64,000 nt of DNA from Bilabrum cf. latius (lineage: Eukaryota), in NCBI GenBank assembly GCA_965178125.1, contig OZ237752.1, positions 372,001 to 436,000 on the forward strand. Direction: 5' to 3'. The notes beneath the pieces were generated by a model. That model searched no databases. It was not told where the DNA came from and saw only the letters and a program-made list of their open reading frames with translations. Numbering within the stretch: position 1 is the first letter of the stretch; each line of letters starts with the position of its first letter. A program made the translations under genes and the position numbers. This document shows positions 1-13,100 of this stretch, piece by piece.

Positions 1-310
1 AGCCTGTGTGAGCAATTGCACCATGTACACCATTGAGCAGCTCGACCAGGAGGTCTTGTCATAGTAACAGCACTAGCTGCCAAGGAGGAGATGCCCATCC
101 CCAAGGCAGCCTGTGTGAGCAATTGCACCATTTGCAGGGACGCAGCTCGACAACAGAGTTTTGTAAGTTCCGGATGAACAGCACTAGCAACGACAGGACA
201 AAATGAGCAGCACCATATGCACCATTTGTAAGCTAGACTGGGAGGTCCTGTCGAATGGATAGCACTAACAACGACGAAAGCGATGATCACTCCCGCAGCA
301 ACCTGTGTAC
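1..310. repeat. Degenerate ~100-110 bp tandem repeat, cut by the window edge
   Basis: AGCCTGTGTGAGCAATTGCACCA occurs at 1 and 108. Further degenerate GCACCAT...CAGCACTA units run to about 300. Confidence 0.45.
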
Positions 311-638
311 TTGAATGCATCTTAGGCACCAGTATTAAGCTCGGCGAGGATTTCGTATATAATTGACATCTCTGGTTGCGATCAACGACTAGGCTCATCG
401 GTGGTACGGTGAATGCTGCAGATCAGCCACCATAACCTGACAGTTCAACACAACAGTCGATGCAAGTGGCTCCACGGTCGTCACCACCGACAGATGACTA
501 CCACTAGTGGCAAGCAAAGCGGACAGCAGCCATCGTGGCGACTATATCCAAGGAGCGGATTAATGTGACCCACAGGTCAGTATGCGTAGGGCGGCAAGCC
601 GCAGTGGCCACAGGTGGCCAAATCTGCGGGTCAGTACG

Positions 639-1671
639 GCGCAGGCTGCACCAGCAGCCGGGTCCCCTTGTGGCGCCACGGGTGGTCAACCGCCCGAGGA
701 GCCGGGGCCCAGCACGCCCTCGCATTTTCTAGCAACCCTAACCGGAGGTTCTAGAACTGATTCGATGTAACGTACAAATCAATGTCAGTTTTTAGCAGGT
801 CTGGGGTTACAATCAGTAAGACCGGAACTGTAGAAACTGGGATTGATTTGCGTGAAGGCCGACTCATCTTCCCGAGGGTACGCCGAAGATACTGATCTCG
901 GCAGTGCTCAAGAAGACACGTACTACAATGTAGTGTAGTTCTGAGTCAGCTTGCAAAAGTTTTCCCGCCCACCCGCAAAGTGTAGAGGAAGTGCAGAGAG
1001 GAGTGTCATGACTCAAGTCCCTGAATGATGGGGCAAAGAGCCCACGCGTACCACAGCAATTTGGAGCGCGAGGACAGCCCAGGGCCTGCGATTTGGCGCA
1101 ACGATAGCGCATATCTTGCAGGGCAGGGATCATGACTCAACACCCAGAGGTACAGGGGTCGCCACCGGACACCGAAGGGCGGCACCCAGGATCGCGCGTG
1201 AGTTTGTCGGCATCCTCAGCCAACAAATCACACCGCGGGACAGTCAGCAGAAGACGGGGTCGTCATCTCAACGAGAGGGCGGCACCCAGGCATGGATAGT
1301 TTTCTTCCGGAACATTTTCGGTCTTTATAGTCCAGGCCATGCAGACACTCTGAGGGATTTGGATGTAGGGGTCGTCACCTCACTGAGAGGGCGGCACCGA
1401 GCTCGGGTGACTTTTCCCAGCCACTGGCTGGGTGTTTAGATCTTCGAGCGCATCTGCTTACATTGTATGATTGAATGATACCTCCGGTGGGTAGGCACTT
1501 TGCTTACCCGCGTCAGGCGCGCAGGCTGCACCAGCAGCCGGGTCCCCTTGTGGCGCCACGGGTGGTCAACCGCCCGAGGAGCCGGGGCCCAGCACGCCCT
1601 CGCATTTTCTAGCAACCCTAACCGGAGGTTCTAGAACTGATTCGATGTAACGTACAAATCAATGTCAGTTT
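639..1671. repeat. Pair of identical 153-bp direct repeats (639-791 and 1519-1671), possibly the terminal or split repeats of a mobile element
   Basis: The two copies match base for base, offset by 880 nt. The second copy ends (GTCAGTTT) exactly where the kinase fragment is truncated. Confidence 0.8.
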
Positions 1672-2110
1672 CATGCCCAGCGAGTACAGGTCCGCCCGCT
1701 CGTCGTACACCTCCCCCCTCACGACCTCGGGGGCGATGTAGTTGTCCTTCCCCGCCCAGCCCCGGATGCCATCCGCACCCATAGGCAGCGAACCGCCATC
1801 GGGCGCACTCGTCACACCCCTGGGAGGTTGCAACCACCTGTCCACGGCCTGCCCCGGGTCGATGATGACCCCCTCGCCGTCGTCTGCCAGCACCGAGTTC
1901 TCGAGAGACACGTCACGGTGCAGCACGCCCCTCGTGTGGTGGTGGTGCAGCCCCTTCGCCAGGCCATAGAAAGCCTTGCGAGCGGCTGCCGGGTCCATCC
2001 CAGCCGCAGCAATATCTAGCAGCTCCCCTGAAGCGCAGAAAGGAGTCACGATGGAATACTAGAGTTCGTCACTCGCAGTTGCGACGACGTGGCATACGTT
2101 TGGGTGCGGC
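1672..2110 (-). pseudogene. Truncated copy of the Ser/Thr kinase (HPN...HRDVSLEN...DPG...APE...DLYSLGM)
   Basis: Near-identical to 26300-26738. Lacks the N-lobe exon and the C-terminus. Confidence 0.85.
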
Positions 2111-2240
2111 CAGCAGCACCTCCCGCCACACCTGACGGTCCCACAGGCTGGCCTCTCGCCCTTTACCACCCGCCGATCACTCCACCGAAAGTCAGACTCA
2201 GCTGCGGCTCTCCCCTGCACCCCCTGCACTCGCCGCACGA

Positions 2241-5200
2241 TCACAAATGTAAAGCGCTCTCCAGCAGTGCCTCCACCTGCGGGCACGGCCGCCCAGCGGA
2301 TCGCAGCTGGGACAGCAGATCGGTCCCAGGTACTGCAGTACCCACCGCGCCCTCGGGGGGATGCATGGCCAGCGAGGCAACCAGGGAGACAGCAGCACAG
2401 GCAGCGCCATGCCCTGCACATCCCATGCGCACCTCCCACGCGTCCACCAGCACCCTCACGCACTCGTCATGGCCCCCGAGCAATGCCGCCACTAGCGGAC
2501 CGCTCAACCAGCCCGAGTGACCAGGCCCCGGGACATCCACCACTGCCACTACCACCGGGCCACGAAGCTCCATCCCACCCGCCAGCTTGCCGAGCCTCAG
2601 CCGCTTGGCCAGCTCCAGCGGCCTGCCCTCCCTGGCAGCTCGGTGCACCATGACAGCGTCTCGTTTGGCCTCCACGGCCCTCCTCCACCGGGCCAAATGC
2701 AGGATCCTCGGGTTAAACTCCCGGATGAGCTTGGCCGTGGCTGTCTTGCCCCTGCGGTCTGCTTCCTCTGCTGGGGTGCGTCCGTCCTGCGGCAGTAAGT
2801 GACAGCACGCAATACGTTCGGAAGTATGTCAGTAAGCTGATAAGTCGAATCAATCGCAAGAAAATATGGCTCACCTTGTTCTTGGCCGTCCTGCTGGCTC
2901 CGGCCCGCAGCAGAGCGAAAGCCGCGGCGTCCCTGCCATAGTATGCGGCTTGATGGAGAGGGGTGCCCTTGTACTGCGGAATCAAGTAGCCACAGATGCG
3001 TATCATCATCTCAGTGTGAATGCCAACCCACATTCATGTTCAAGGTCCGCAGGGGGGGGGAAGGGGGGCGGCGAGGAGCAGCTAGATTGACACGGATCTA
3101 TTGATTTCCCGGTTCCTAGAAAAGCGCTGGCGTGCTCCGACCTGGTCGCGAGCGCAGCCACCCAATAGCATGCACATAGGCAAAGCCAACACACCAACTA
3201 CAATCCCATCAATCAGCAAACCAATAATGGTCATCCACGTGCGAGGAACGGGCCAGATTGGCCTGGCCTACGAACAGGATGCTCAGAGCAAGCAACTGCT
3301 TCGGCTATGGAATGAGTTGATTCACTATCTCGATTTTGCACACAGGCCCGCTGATTCCTATGGTATAAATCTCATCGTCTAGCTCCTCCTACATGCTGAG
3401 CTACCTCAGCTCCCAAGACACAAGCGCTCCTCGACCACCTCACGACCAGCCCGCACCCTTCCCATGCCGAGTCACAGGGAGCACCAACTCCCATGCATCC
3501 AATCATCCAATCTACACATGCATCGCAACAACTCACCGCATCTAAAGCGTTCACATTGGCCCCGGCTGCCACAAGCGCACCCACCACGTCGACATTGGCT
3601 GCCCAGTGCAGCGGGGTGCGCTTGTGCTGTGAGGAAGGAAAGCGAGGGACGGCAAAGTAGGAATGGCAAGCGATGGCAATGGAAGGCAAAAAGATGGGAC
3701 AGCAGCGCGAAGTCAGAACCAGAGCATCGGCGTAGCACAAGACACCCATGGACTGGCCTCTGGCCCCCACAGGTTACGCTGCACCCACTCGCCCCAGCAC
3801 CAAGCCGGCACTGGCACCATTCCCTTATACCCACCACCAGTCTCAAATACGATCGCATGACCAAATCGCCAGACCATGCAGCCATCCATCCGGGCCTGCG
3901 ACAATGCCGCCCGGCGGTCATGGTCGCAAGCTGGGCGAAACGCAGTAGGCTGAAGGCGACAATAGCAAACCTTGGATTGTGTGCATCATGCGCACATCGG
4001 GAGCAGCTCGATGCACGGACTCAGCATCTGATTCGAACCTAGACTACAGATCAGATTTGTTGCCCCCGGTCCCGCGGACCCACTGGGCTTCACCCCGAAC
4101 GACTGGTTCTTCACCGGTCCACCTGAATGCGGTATTCATCTGACACTACGAATGTACACACCACTTTCCCCATGCACCCGACTCGCCTCGTCGCCACATG
4201 GCTTTCTGTTCCTGTTCCCCGCCCTAGGGACCGTGTGCTTTGCTCCCAGCATTACCACCTTGGCCCTATCCTTTCAGCTTGCACGCACCGGTCCTGGCCG
4301 ACCTGCCGTGCGCCCCATCTGTCCACCCACCTGTTGGCCTTCTGCGTGCTGCTGGCCATGCAGTCCGCTGCCACCCGCGTCTCCCTCGTGCCTTGCACCT
4401 GGAGCCCCCATTCCTCCCGTTGTGTTCTCCCTGTTGACACCGCACTGTCGTCGCCTGTGCCGGTGCCCCCCTCTTCTTCTCCACCTCCTGTCCTCCTGCG
4501 CCCACCTCGTCTTCCGTCTCACCTCTGCTCCCCGTTGCTTCAATCCTGATGTCCGAGTACATTAACAGGATCGCCTTCTGGTTCCCCCTGCATCCCGAGC
4601 TACTCCGGCTGCAGATAGCCCATAAAACAAACCAGTCACTACATATACAACACATCCAGCATGTTCACACTCATCTAATCATCCCATCCATACATATATC
4701 GAATCAACTCACCCAGCCCTCAGCATTAACATCGGCCCCCGCCGCCACAAGCGCACCCACCACGTCGGCATGGCCCGTTTCAGCTGCCCAGTGCAGCGGT
4801 GTGCTCTTGTCCTGTGAGGAAGGGAAGCGAGGGACGGCAAGCGTGGATGTGAGGGGATGGCAATGGAAGGCCAAACGGGGGGGGCAGCGAACGGAAGTCA
4901 GAACCAGAGCATCGGCGTAGCACAAGACACCCATGGACGAGCCTCTGGCCCCCACAGGTTACGCTGCACCCACTCGCCCCAGCACCAAGCCGGCACTGGC
5001 ACCATTCCCTTATACCCACCACCAGTCCCAAATATGGTCGCCCGACCAAATCCCTTGACCATCCAGCCATCCATCCGGGCCTGCGACAATGCCGCCCGGC
5101 GGTCATGGTCGCAAGCTGGGCGAAACGCAGTCGGCTGAGGGCTGAAGATTGGGACTGCCGGATTGTGTGCATAATGCACCCAGCAGACGCAGCTTGATGA

Positions 5201-8200
5201 GAGGACTCAGCATCTGATTGAATCGCCTTCTGGTTACGCCTGCATTCCGACCTATCCCGGCTCCAAGACACAAGCCCTCCTTGACCACCTCACGACCAGG
5301 CCGCTCCCTTCCCATGCCGAGCCACAGAAGGAACACCGACTCCCATGCATCCAATCATCCCATCTATTCGACGGCTGCCGGCGCTGTTCATGTTAAATGA
5401 ACGGAGCAGGATTTCAGCCCAAAATTACCCAATCTCCGCCCCTCTCCTGAACACAGAGCGGGTATGCGCGTCATCGCAAGCAATCCGTTGGCTTGGTCGC
5501 ACCTTCCCGGTCGCAACCGCCATCGGAACCCAACGAGAAATTCACGCGCTCCCACTCTGGCATCAACAACGAACCCCATCCGGCGTTAGAATCAATACAT
5601 CACATCAACTCACCTCATCCTAAGCGTTCACATTGGCCCCCGCTGCCACCAGCGCACCCACCACGTCGGCGTTGCCCTCTCTGGCTGCGAAGTGCAGCGG
5701 GGAGTACTGGCCCTGTGAGAAAGGAAAGCGAGGGACGGCGGTGGTAGGGTATGGCAATGGAAGGCAAAAGGGGGGGGCAGCGAACGCAAGTCAGAACCAG
5801 AGCATCGGCGCCGCGCAATCCACCCATGGACGGCCCTCTGGCCCCCACAGGTTCCGCTGCACCCACTCGCCCCAGTATCCATCCCAGTCTCAAATCATAC
5901 GCCAATACATTATCGCCAGACCACCCAGCCATCCAGCCAGGACTGCAGCAAGGCCGCCCGGCGGGCATGGTCGCAAGCTGGGCGAAGCGCAGTCGGCTGA
6001 AGGCGGTAGATCGCAACTGTTGGATTGTGTGTATAATGCGCCCAGCAGACGCAGCTCAACTCGATGATTCAGCATCTGGATGAATCTCCTTCTAGTTCCG
6101 CCTGTATCCCGAGCTATCCCGGCTCGCAAGACACAAGCGCTCCTTGACCACCTCACGACCAGCCCGCACCCTTCCCATGCCGAGTCACAGGGAACACTTA
6201 CTCCCATGCATCCAACCATCCCAGCCACGCATACATCACAGCAACTTACCACATCTAAAGCGTTCACATTGGCCCCGGCTGCCACAAGCGCACCCACCAC
6301 GGCGGCGTGGCCATTCCCGACTGCGCTGTGCAGCGGTGTGAACTTGTACTGTGAGAAAGGAAAGCGAGGGACGCCAAAGGGGGGAATGACAAGCGATGGC
6401 AATGGAAAGGCCCGAGAGGGGGAAAGCAGCGAACGCAAGTCAGAACCAGAGCTTCGGCGCCGCGCAATCCACCCATGGACGGCCCTCTGGTCCCCACACG
6501 TTCCGCTGCACCCACTCGCCCCAGCACCAAGCCAACATTGGCACCAGTCCAGCATATCCATCCCCAGTCTCAAATACGATCGCATGACCAAATCGCCAAA
6601 CCATCCAGCCATCCATCTGGGACTGCGGCAAGGTCGCCCGGCGGTCATGGTCGCTTGCTGGGCGAAGGGCAGTTTGCTAAATGCGATAGATCGCAACTGT
6701 TGGATTGTGTACAACTCGCACCCATCGGACGCAACTCGATGAGATGATTCAAGATCTGGTTGGATCGCCTTCTTCTTCCGCCTGCATCCGGAGCTATCCC
6801 GGCTCCAAGGCATAAGCGCTCCTCGGCCACCTCACAAAAACTCACATAGCCCTCAGCGTTCACATTGGCCCCCGCTGCCACAAGCGCACCCACCACGTCG
6901 GCATGGCCCTTTTCGGCTGCCACGTGCAGCGGTGTGCGCTTGTCCTGTGAGGAAGGGAAGCGAGGCACGGCAAGAAAGGAATGGGAAGGCATGGCAATGG
7001 AAGGCCAAACGGGGGGGCAGCGAACGCAAGTCAGAATCAGAGCCTCAGCGTAGCACAATCCATCCATGGACGAGCCTCTGGCCCCCACAGGTTCCGCTGC
7101 ACCCACTCGCCCCAGCACCCAGCCGGCACTGGCACCATTCGAGCATATCCACCCGCAATACCAACTTCGATCGCACGACCAAATCGCCAGACCACAGATG
7201 CAGCCATCCGGGACTGCAGCAAGGCCGCCCGGCGGGCATGGTCGCAAGCTGGGCGAAGCGCTGTCGGCTGTAGGTGATAGATCGCAACAGTCGGATTGTG
7301 TGCATAATGCGCCCATCAGACGCAGCTTGATGCGAGGACTCGGCATCTGGTTGGATCGCCTTCTGGTTCCCCCTGCATTAAGAGCTATCCCGGCTAAAGA
7401 TACCGCATAACAAAGACCAGTCAATACATATCCAACACATCCAGCATGTTTCCATGCATCCAATCATCCCAGCCATCCATACATCATAGCAACTCACATC
7501 GTCCTCAGCATTCACATCGGCCCCCGCTGCCACAAGTGCACCCACCACGTCGGCATTAGATGCAAAATGAAGCGGTGTGCACTCGTACTGTGAGGAAGGA
7601 AAGCGAGGCACGGCAAAGGGAGGATAGAAAGGGATGGCAATAAGAAGGCCAGAAAGGTAGTTCAGCGAACGGAAGGCAGAATTAGAGCATCGGCGCCGCG
7701 CAATCCACCCATGGACTAGCCTCTCGCCCCCACAGGTTCCGCTGCACCCACTCGCCCCAGCACCAAGCCAGCTCTGGCACCATTCCCGCATATCCACCCC
7801 CGAGTCCCAAATTATATCCCACAACCAAATCACTAGACCATCTGTCCATCCCACCAGAACTGCGGCAAGGCCACCCGCCGGTCATGGCCCCAAGCTGGGC
7901 GAATGCAGTCCGCTGACGGCGACAGATCGCAACTGTTGCATTGTGTGCATTATGCGTCCACCGGACGCAGCTCGATGAGAGGACTCAGGATCTGGTTGAA
8001 TCGCCTTCTGGTTTCCCCCTGCATTAAGAGCTCTCTCGGCTCCCAAAACACAAGCGCTCCTCGACCACCTCACGACTAGGCCGCACCCATCCCATGCCAA
8101 GCCACAGGGAACACCAACTCCCATGCATCCAATCATCCCAGCCATCCATACATACATCACAGCAACTCACTTTACCCTCAGCATTCACATCGGCCCCCGC

Positions 8201-10136
8201 TGTCACAAGCGCACCCACCACGTCGGCATTAGCTGAATAATGAAGCGGTGTGCGCTTGTACTGTGAGGAAGGAAGGCGAGGGACGGTAAAGGGGGGTGCG
8301 AAGGGATGGCAACAAGAAAGCCAGAAAGGAAGGGACAGCAAACGGAAGTCAGAATCAGAGCATCGGCACCGCGCAATCGACCCATGGACGGCCCTCTGGT
8401 CCCCACACGTTCCGCTGCACCCACTCGCCCCAGCACCAAGCCGGCACTGGCACCATTCGAGCATATCCACCCGCAATACCAACTTCGATCGCACGACCAA
8501 ATCGCCAGACCACAGATGCAGCCATCCGGGCCTGCGACAAGGCCGCCCCGCGGTCATGGTTGCAAGCTGGGCGAAGCGCTGTCGGGCTGTAGGTGATAGA
8601 TCGCAACTGTTGCATTGTGTGCATAATGCACCCATCGGGCAAAGCTCGATGTGAGGACTCAGCATCTGGTTGGATCGCCTTCTGGTTCCCCCTGCATTAA
8701 GAGCTATCCCGGCTCAAAGACGCCCACCCTTGCTTGGTGTCCCTGGAGGCAGCCCTGGCCCAATGCACGCTGTCACACCCACTCAAGTCCGATTCGATGC
8801 GGCTGAGTACAGATGTACAGCTAGTTAGAGTGATATACTACTGCTGCACGATATCGATGAGCATATGCTACCTGCTGGCATCCAGCATCGGGGTGTTCGC
8901 ACCCCTGCCAGCCAGCAGTGGCAACCTCATCATGCCCGCGGGCGAAAGGAAGAGCTTGCGTGCTGTCCAAGTGCAATGCAATCAGCTCTAGAGACATTTC
9001 ACCGACCCCGTCTGCTTGTTGTCAACATGGCACAAACCACCCAATGGCCCCATGCTCCACAGCGCAGGAGAGCGAAGTTGTTTTGTCCCAGCCGCGCCGA
9101 TCCTATATCTAATGGAGATGCAAGCAATTCGCGGCCCAGTGAAGAGATCCACTCCAGTCATACACGAACAAAACGACAAACACTCCCCGTCTGCTACCTG
9201 CAGCCAACTGCGCTCTGCCTCTATTGATGCAGAAGATCATTGCAAAGTATCCCACTACGCCGGAAGGAGGATTCCTCGCGCAAAGACACACTCCGCTACA
9301 TGAACCAGCTGAACACCGTCACGAAACGTAAGACAACACAAACTAGGGGCACACCACAAGCAGGTACCATGCATCCAAAACCATGTTGCAACCGATCTAG
9401 TGGCCCATGATGGGCCCTTGAAGAGTGCTTTCACGTCGCCAAGGAGAAGGGCAACGACATTTGGAGCAAGATTCGCATCCGTGATAGACTTGAATCACAT
9501 ATTCTGTGTATGGACTCACGTCATTTTGGGCATCGACTGCTCCCCCAGCCTCCACCAGCGGCACGATGCACGCCTTGTGTCCGTTGTGGCTCGCCCAATG
9601 CAGCGGGGTCCATTCCTTGCTGCCACTAGAGCCCTGCGATCCTAGCAACGGCGCACACTTAATTATCACTACGCCGTAGCTTGTGGTTGGGCCAGTGGAG
9701 GGAAATAGCCACCCACTCCAGATTGGTGGCGAAAAGTGACAAACGGCAATCCATGATTCTGGCTGATACCATCCCTTTCAACACCCACATTTGCCAGATA
9801 ATACCCATTCTGTCTAGAATATCTCCTAACATGCGTGCACACTCACGTCTCCTGTCACGTTCGCGCTCGTCCCAGATGCCAGCGCAGACTGCAGGGCCTC
9901 CAAATGGCCGTTCTTGGCCGCTTCAAGAAGAGCAGCTGACCTGCAGAAGGCGTGAATTGTCATACATACCATTTCGCTTACTTCAATTTGAAGCAAAAAC
10001 TGCAATTATCCTACACATTCGGAACACAGCCATCGAGCAATCCAGACACCAAGTACACACGAATCGAGTCTTAAATACGGGCCCTTACTATCCATCAAGG
10101 AGAAGATATGCATGGAGCATTACATAGTACTTACAT
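2241..10136 (-). CDS. Ankyrin cassette-exon gene, copy 1 (~506 aa if all exons are used): N-cap, 7 one-repeat cassette exons, C-cap and the shared C-terminal module
   Basis: Exons: AT 10136-10135, 9940-9847, 9633-9520; cassettes 8260-8171, 7587-7498, 6944-6846, 6348-6250, 5712-5614, 4811-4713, 3626-3537; then 2973-2875 and 2786-2241 (TGA). All are bounded by cag|...|gt(g/a)ag and carry TPLH..A...G...VVGALVAAGADVNA motifs. One in-frame TAG at 5620. Confidence 0.85.
3390..8720 (-). repeat. Tandem array of ~600-700 bp units, each one ankyrin exon plus a homologous intron (7 units)
   Basis: Recurring intron blocks such as GTCAGAACCAGAGCATCGGC, CCGCTGCACCCACTCGCCCCAGCACC and GGTCATGGTCGCAAGCTGGGCGAA. 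Two units carry unrelated insertions (~4045-4545 and ~5365-5595). Confidence 0.95.
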
Positions 10137-10198
10137 GATCCAAGGATGCAGGCGAATGCGCTGTTGTTGTCGGCTAGTTGGTTGTGGGGAGGATCAGA

Positions 10199-13100
10199 GA
10201 GAGAATAGATATCTGTATCAAAGCACACACTACCCAACTGCAACGACCACCCCGTGGGGCAATCGCATCAGGTAGGTCGAACGGATCAGCAGGCTCACGC
10301 CGCAGGGTTCGCAAGCTGGGCTGCTCCTCCGTGGGGGTTCTGCGTTGCTTGCAATCCTTCGGCGTTCGCATTGCCTTCGTGTTCGATCGCGTCCGGATCA
10401 GCTGCCTGATCTGCTGCCTCACCATCAGCTCCTGCCGCAGGTGCGACGTTCACTGGTGGTATGACAGGCTCTTCAGCTGCCTCCAAACCCATGCCCTACG
10501 CACCGCCAGCCCCACCAGCCTGCTGCAGTGCCGCTCCGAGCTGCGCAGCCTCCGCTGCCACTTGCTCGTCCACTTGACCACCAGCTCCTGCTGCGGCTAC
10601 TCCTTGTACACCAGTTGGTGCCATCTGCTTCAGCTGCTCACAAACGTTAAGGTTGAATTTGTTCGTGAAAGCGGCGTTCCGCATGGCCACCAGTCTGGCA
10701 ATATCCCGGGCCCAGAACCTGACCTGGGCATCCACTGACTTGCTCCCGTTCTTCCCCAGTCGCTTTCGCCTGATGCGTGCTAGCAGCTCAAGCACTCCTC
10801 TTGCTCCATCCCCGATTCGGCCCGAGGGCTGAACCACGAAATCTCGAAAGATCACCGTGTTCGGGTTCTTCAACGTCTTCACCGGGTTCCCCGTGGCTCC
10901 GCTTGGGATGCGACCGGCCAGCCTCCGGTGTGCGGGCATCTCCTGGTGGATCTCCTTGTGTTTCCTGAATGCTCCCCTGATCCCAGCGACTTCGTCCTGG
11001 TAGTCGGTGCCAACCGGTTTTCCTGGACCTGTGCGTTCCCCGATGTGATCTCCCGTCTTTTTCCTCCGGTTGATCGAAGAGAGTGCCGCCTGCGCGAGTG
11101 GATCCACGCAGGTCACATCGATCAGGATGTCTTTCTCCCCTTCCGCCCGGGGGATCACCACATCCATCCTGTACGTGCCGCCCTCCACGTACTGCTCCGT
11201 ATCCTCTGAGAGTGCTTCATACCCCGTAGCACTCTGGCCAATCCTGCACAACTCCCTCTTGACGACCTCATGAATGCTCGTGAGTCGCTTCTTGTCCATC
11301 GGCCGCTTCTTCCGATTTCCACAGCAGCTCATGTGTCCCACCTGGTGAATATATCCGATTCTGTGTTGACACTCGGAGTCGGGGCACACCAGGTTCATCT
11401 CTGCCTGCAGGTTGTGCATCCCATCTTGGTGCTGCAGCCTCCTAAGCACCTCCTGTGCTTGCCTTGCTGATGGTGACGGTGCCATCAGGCGTTTGCAAAA
11501 CTCTTCCTGGTACCCTCTATTGGCTGGAATGGAGACCCCTTCGCCAAACTTGTCCTTCACGTATCGAGCGCGCAGTAGCGCTCCGGCGTCGGCTGATCTA
11601 CGGCTCCTGATCAGCGCTCGTGCTTTCTGCATCTCTACTCGGGCCCTGTCTGCCCATTGTTGGTCTTCTCCTAAGAGGCGTTGTTGGAATCCTGGAATGT
11701 TCTGGAAGGGCTTCACGAGGAAGACCTCAGTACAGGCGCGGTCTGCTGCCTGTCTCATCAAGCTCTCGTGGTGGCCTCCAAAACTCATCGGCTTGTCCCC
11801 TGCAAGTCGCTGCTGCTCCCGAAGGTAGCTCTTCAACCCTTTCGCTTCCAACATGAAGCGTTCTGGGTTTGTGGCGTTCCGTTTCGCCTTGGCCACATTG
11901 TCCATCGGGTCTACGTTGATGAACACACCCTGCTGGGTCTTCACTCGGACTTTCTCAATCTTGTCCGGAGTGATGAGCTCGTGCTCTGCACACTTCACCG
12001 CCTTCTCGAGTGCTGTCCTCATCTCTGGGTCGGTGAGCATCGCTTGGGTTCTAATTGGGTCCCACACTGAACGCGTGAAACCCGGCATGTCCCCGTGGGG
12101 CACCGGTTGGTACTACAACTGGTACTTGAGGCGTTGTTTGGGGTCCTCCTTGGCCGATCGAACCAGCCCCTTCATCTTGTACAAAACCCAACGCACAGCC
12201 CAGTCCGCAACCTGGAGCACGGGCGCACTGTGAAGTCCGAACGTGTCGTGTTGGTTGTTGACTGGACCTGCGGTCGTCTCCTCAACCTGGTTCAGTTGGC
12301 TCATGAAGTCCAGGTTGTACTCTTTCGCCAGACCCGCTAAGCCTGGCAGCACGTCCAGGATCATTCCTGCGAATCGTGCTACTAGGGGTAGACGCTCTGG
12401 GATCAGTGCGAGCCCTACTCCTCCCTGAGCTAGAGGAGCTTTCCTCTAATGACGGATGAGCTCAGCTCGTAGGAGCTGGTCATGCGCTCGGTAGAGGCGA
12501 GTGTCGAACCCTGCGATGAGGTCTGCGAAGGCCTCTTCGAGGCGTTCCACTCTCTGCAACGTCCCTGCATTCTCCAGGCCAATGAGGATACCGCTCCTGC
12601 AGAAATGCTGCCACTTGGGTTGGATGCACGTTCGAAAAACGTATACTGCCAGAGATGGCTTCATGAGGCCGCATAGAACGACACCATTTGCAACGTCTTC
12701 CAGCCGTTTCTTGAGGTGCGTCTCAACATACTCCCTGGTGCGCGACACTGGGATGCCAGCCACGACGATTCCAGCTTCATTCAGCTTGCCTTGGAGCCCC
12801 CCTTCATCAATCTCAGCACGAATAGCAATTCGTGTAGATTCTGATGGCGAGTAGAACTCCGTCTTGGCAGGCTGCAGCGTGAGGTTATCCTTCTCCACCT
12901 CCGCCTTCAAGGTAGTCATGCAGGCTGCTACCTTTTCCTGTGTTCCGAGCAGGAATGCATCATCCGCGATCGCAAGGATGATTACGTCGGGATGTGCGGC
13001 TCGTGTTGCTTTGAGGGCCCTGTCAAAACCCAGACAGAACAACGGTGAGCTCATGGGCGATCCTTGGACCACCCCTTGCCGATTTTTCAGGATGTCAACC

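Noticed and set aside
2059-2061. TAG at a Tyr position in the kinase fragment
   Set aside because: It lies in a truncated, locally diverged pseudogene copy, so it says nothing about the code.
5890-8665. Long ORFs running through the cassette introns
   Set aside because: Frames are not conserved between units. Only the 90/99-nt splice-bounded segments encode ankyrin motifs.
8727-8820. Possible extra exon in both ankyrin genes (also ~23020-23117)
   Set aside because: No recognisable motif, the donor is not conserved between copies, and the phase-0 frame has a TGA in copy 1.
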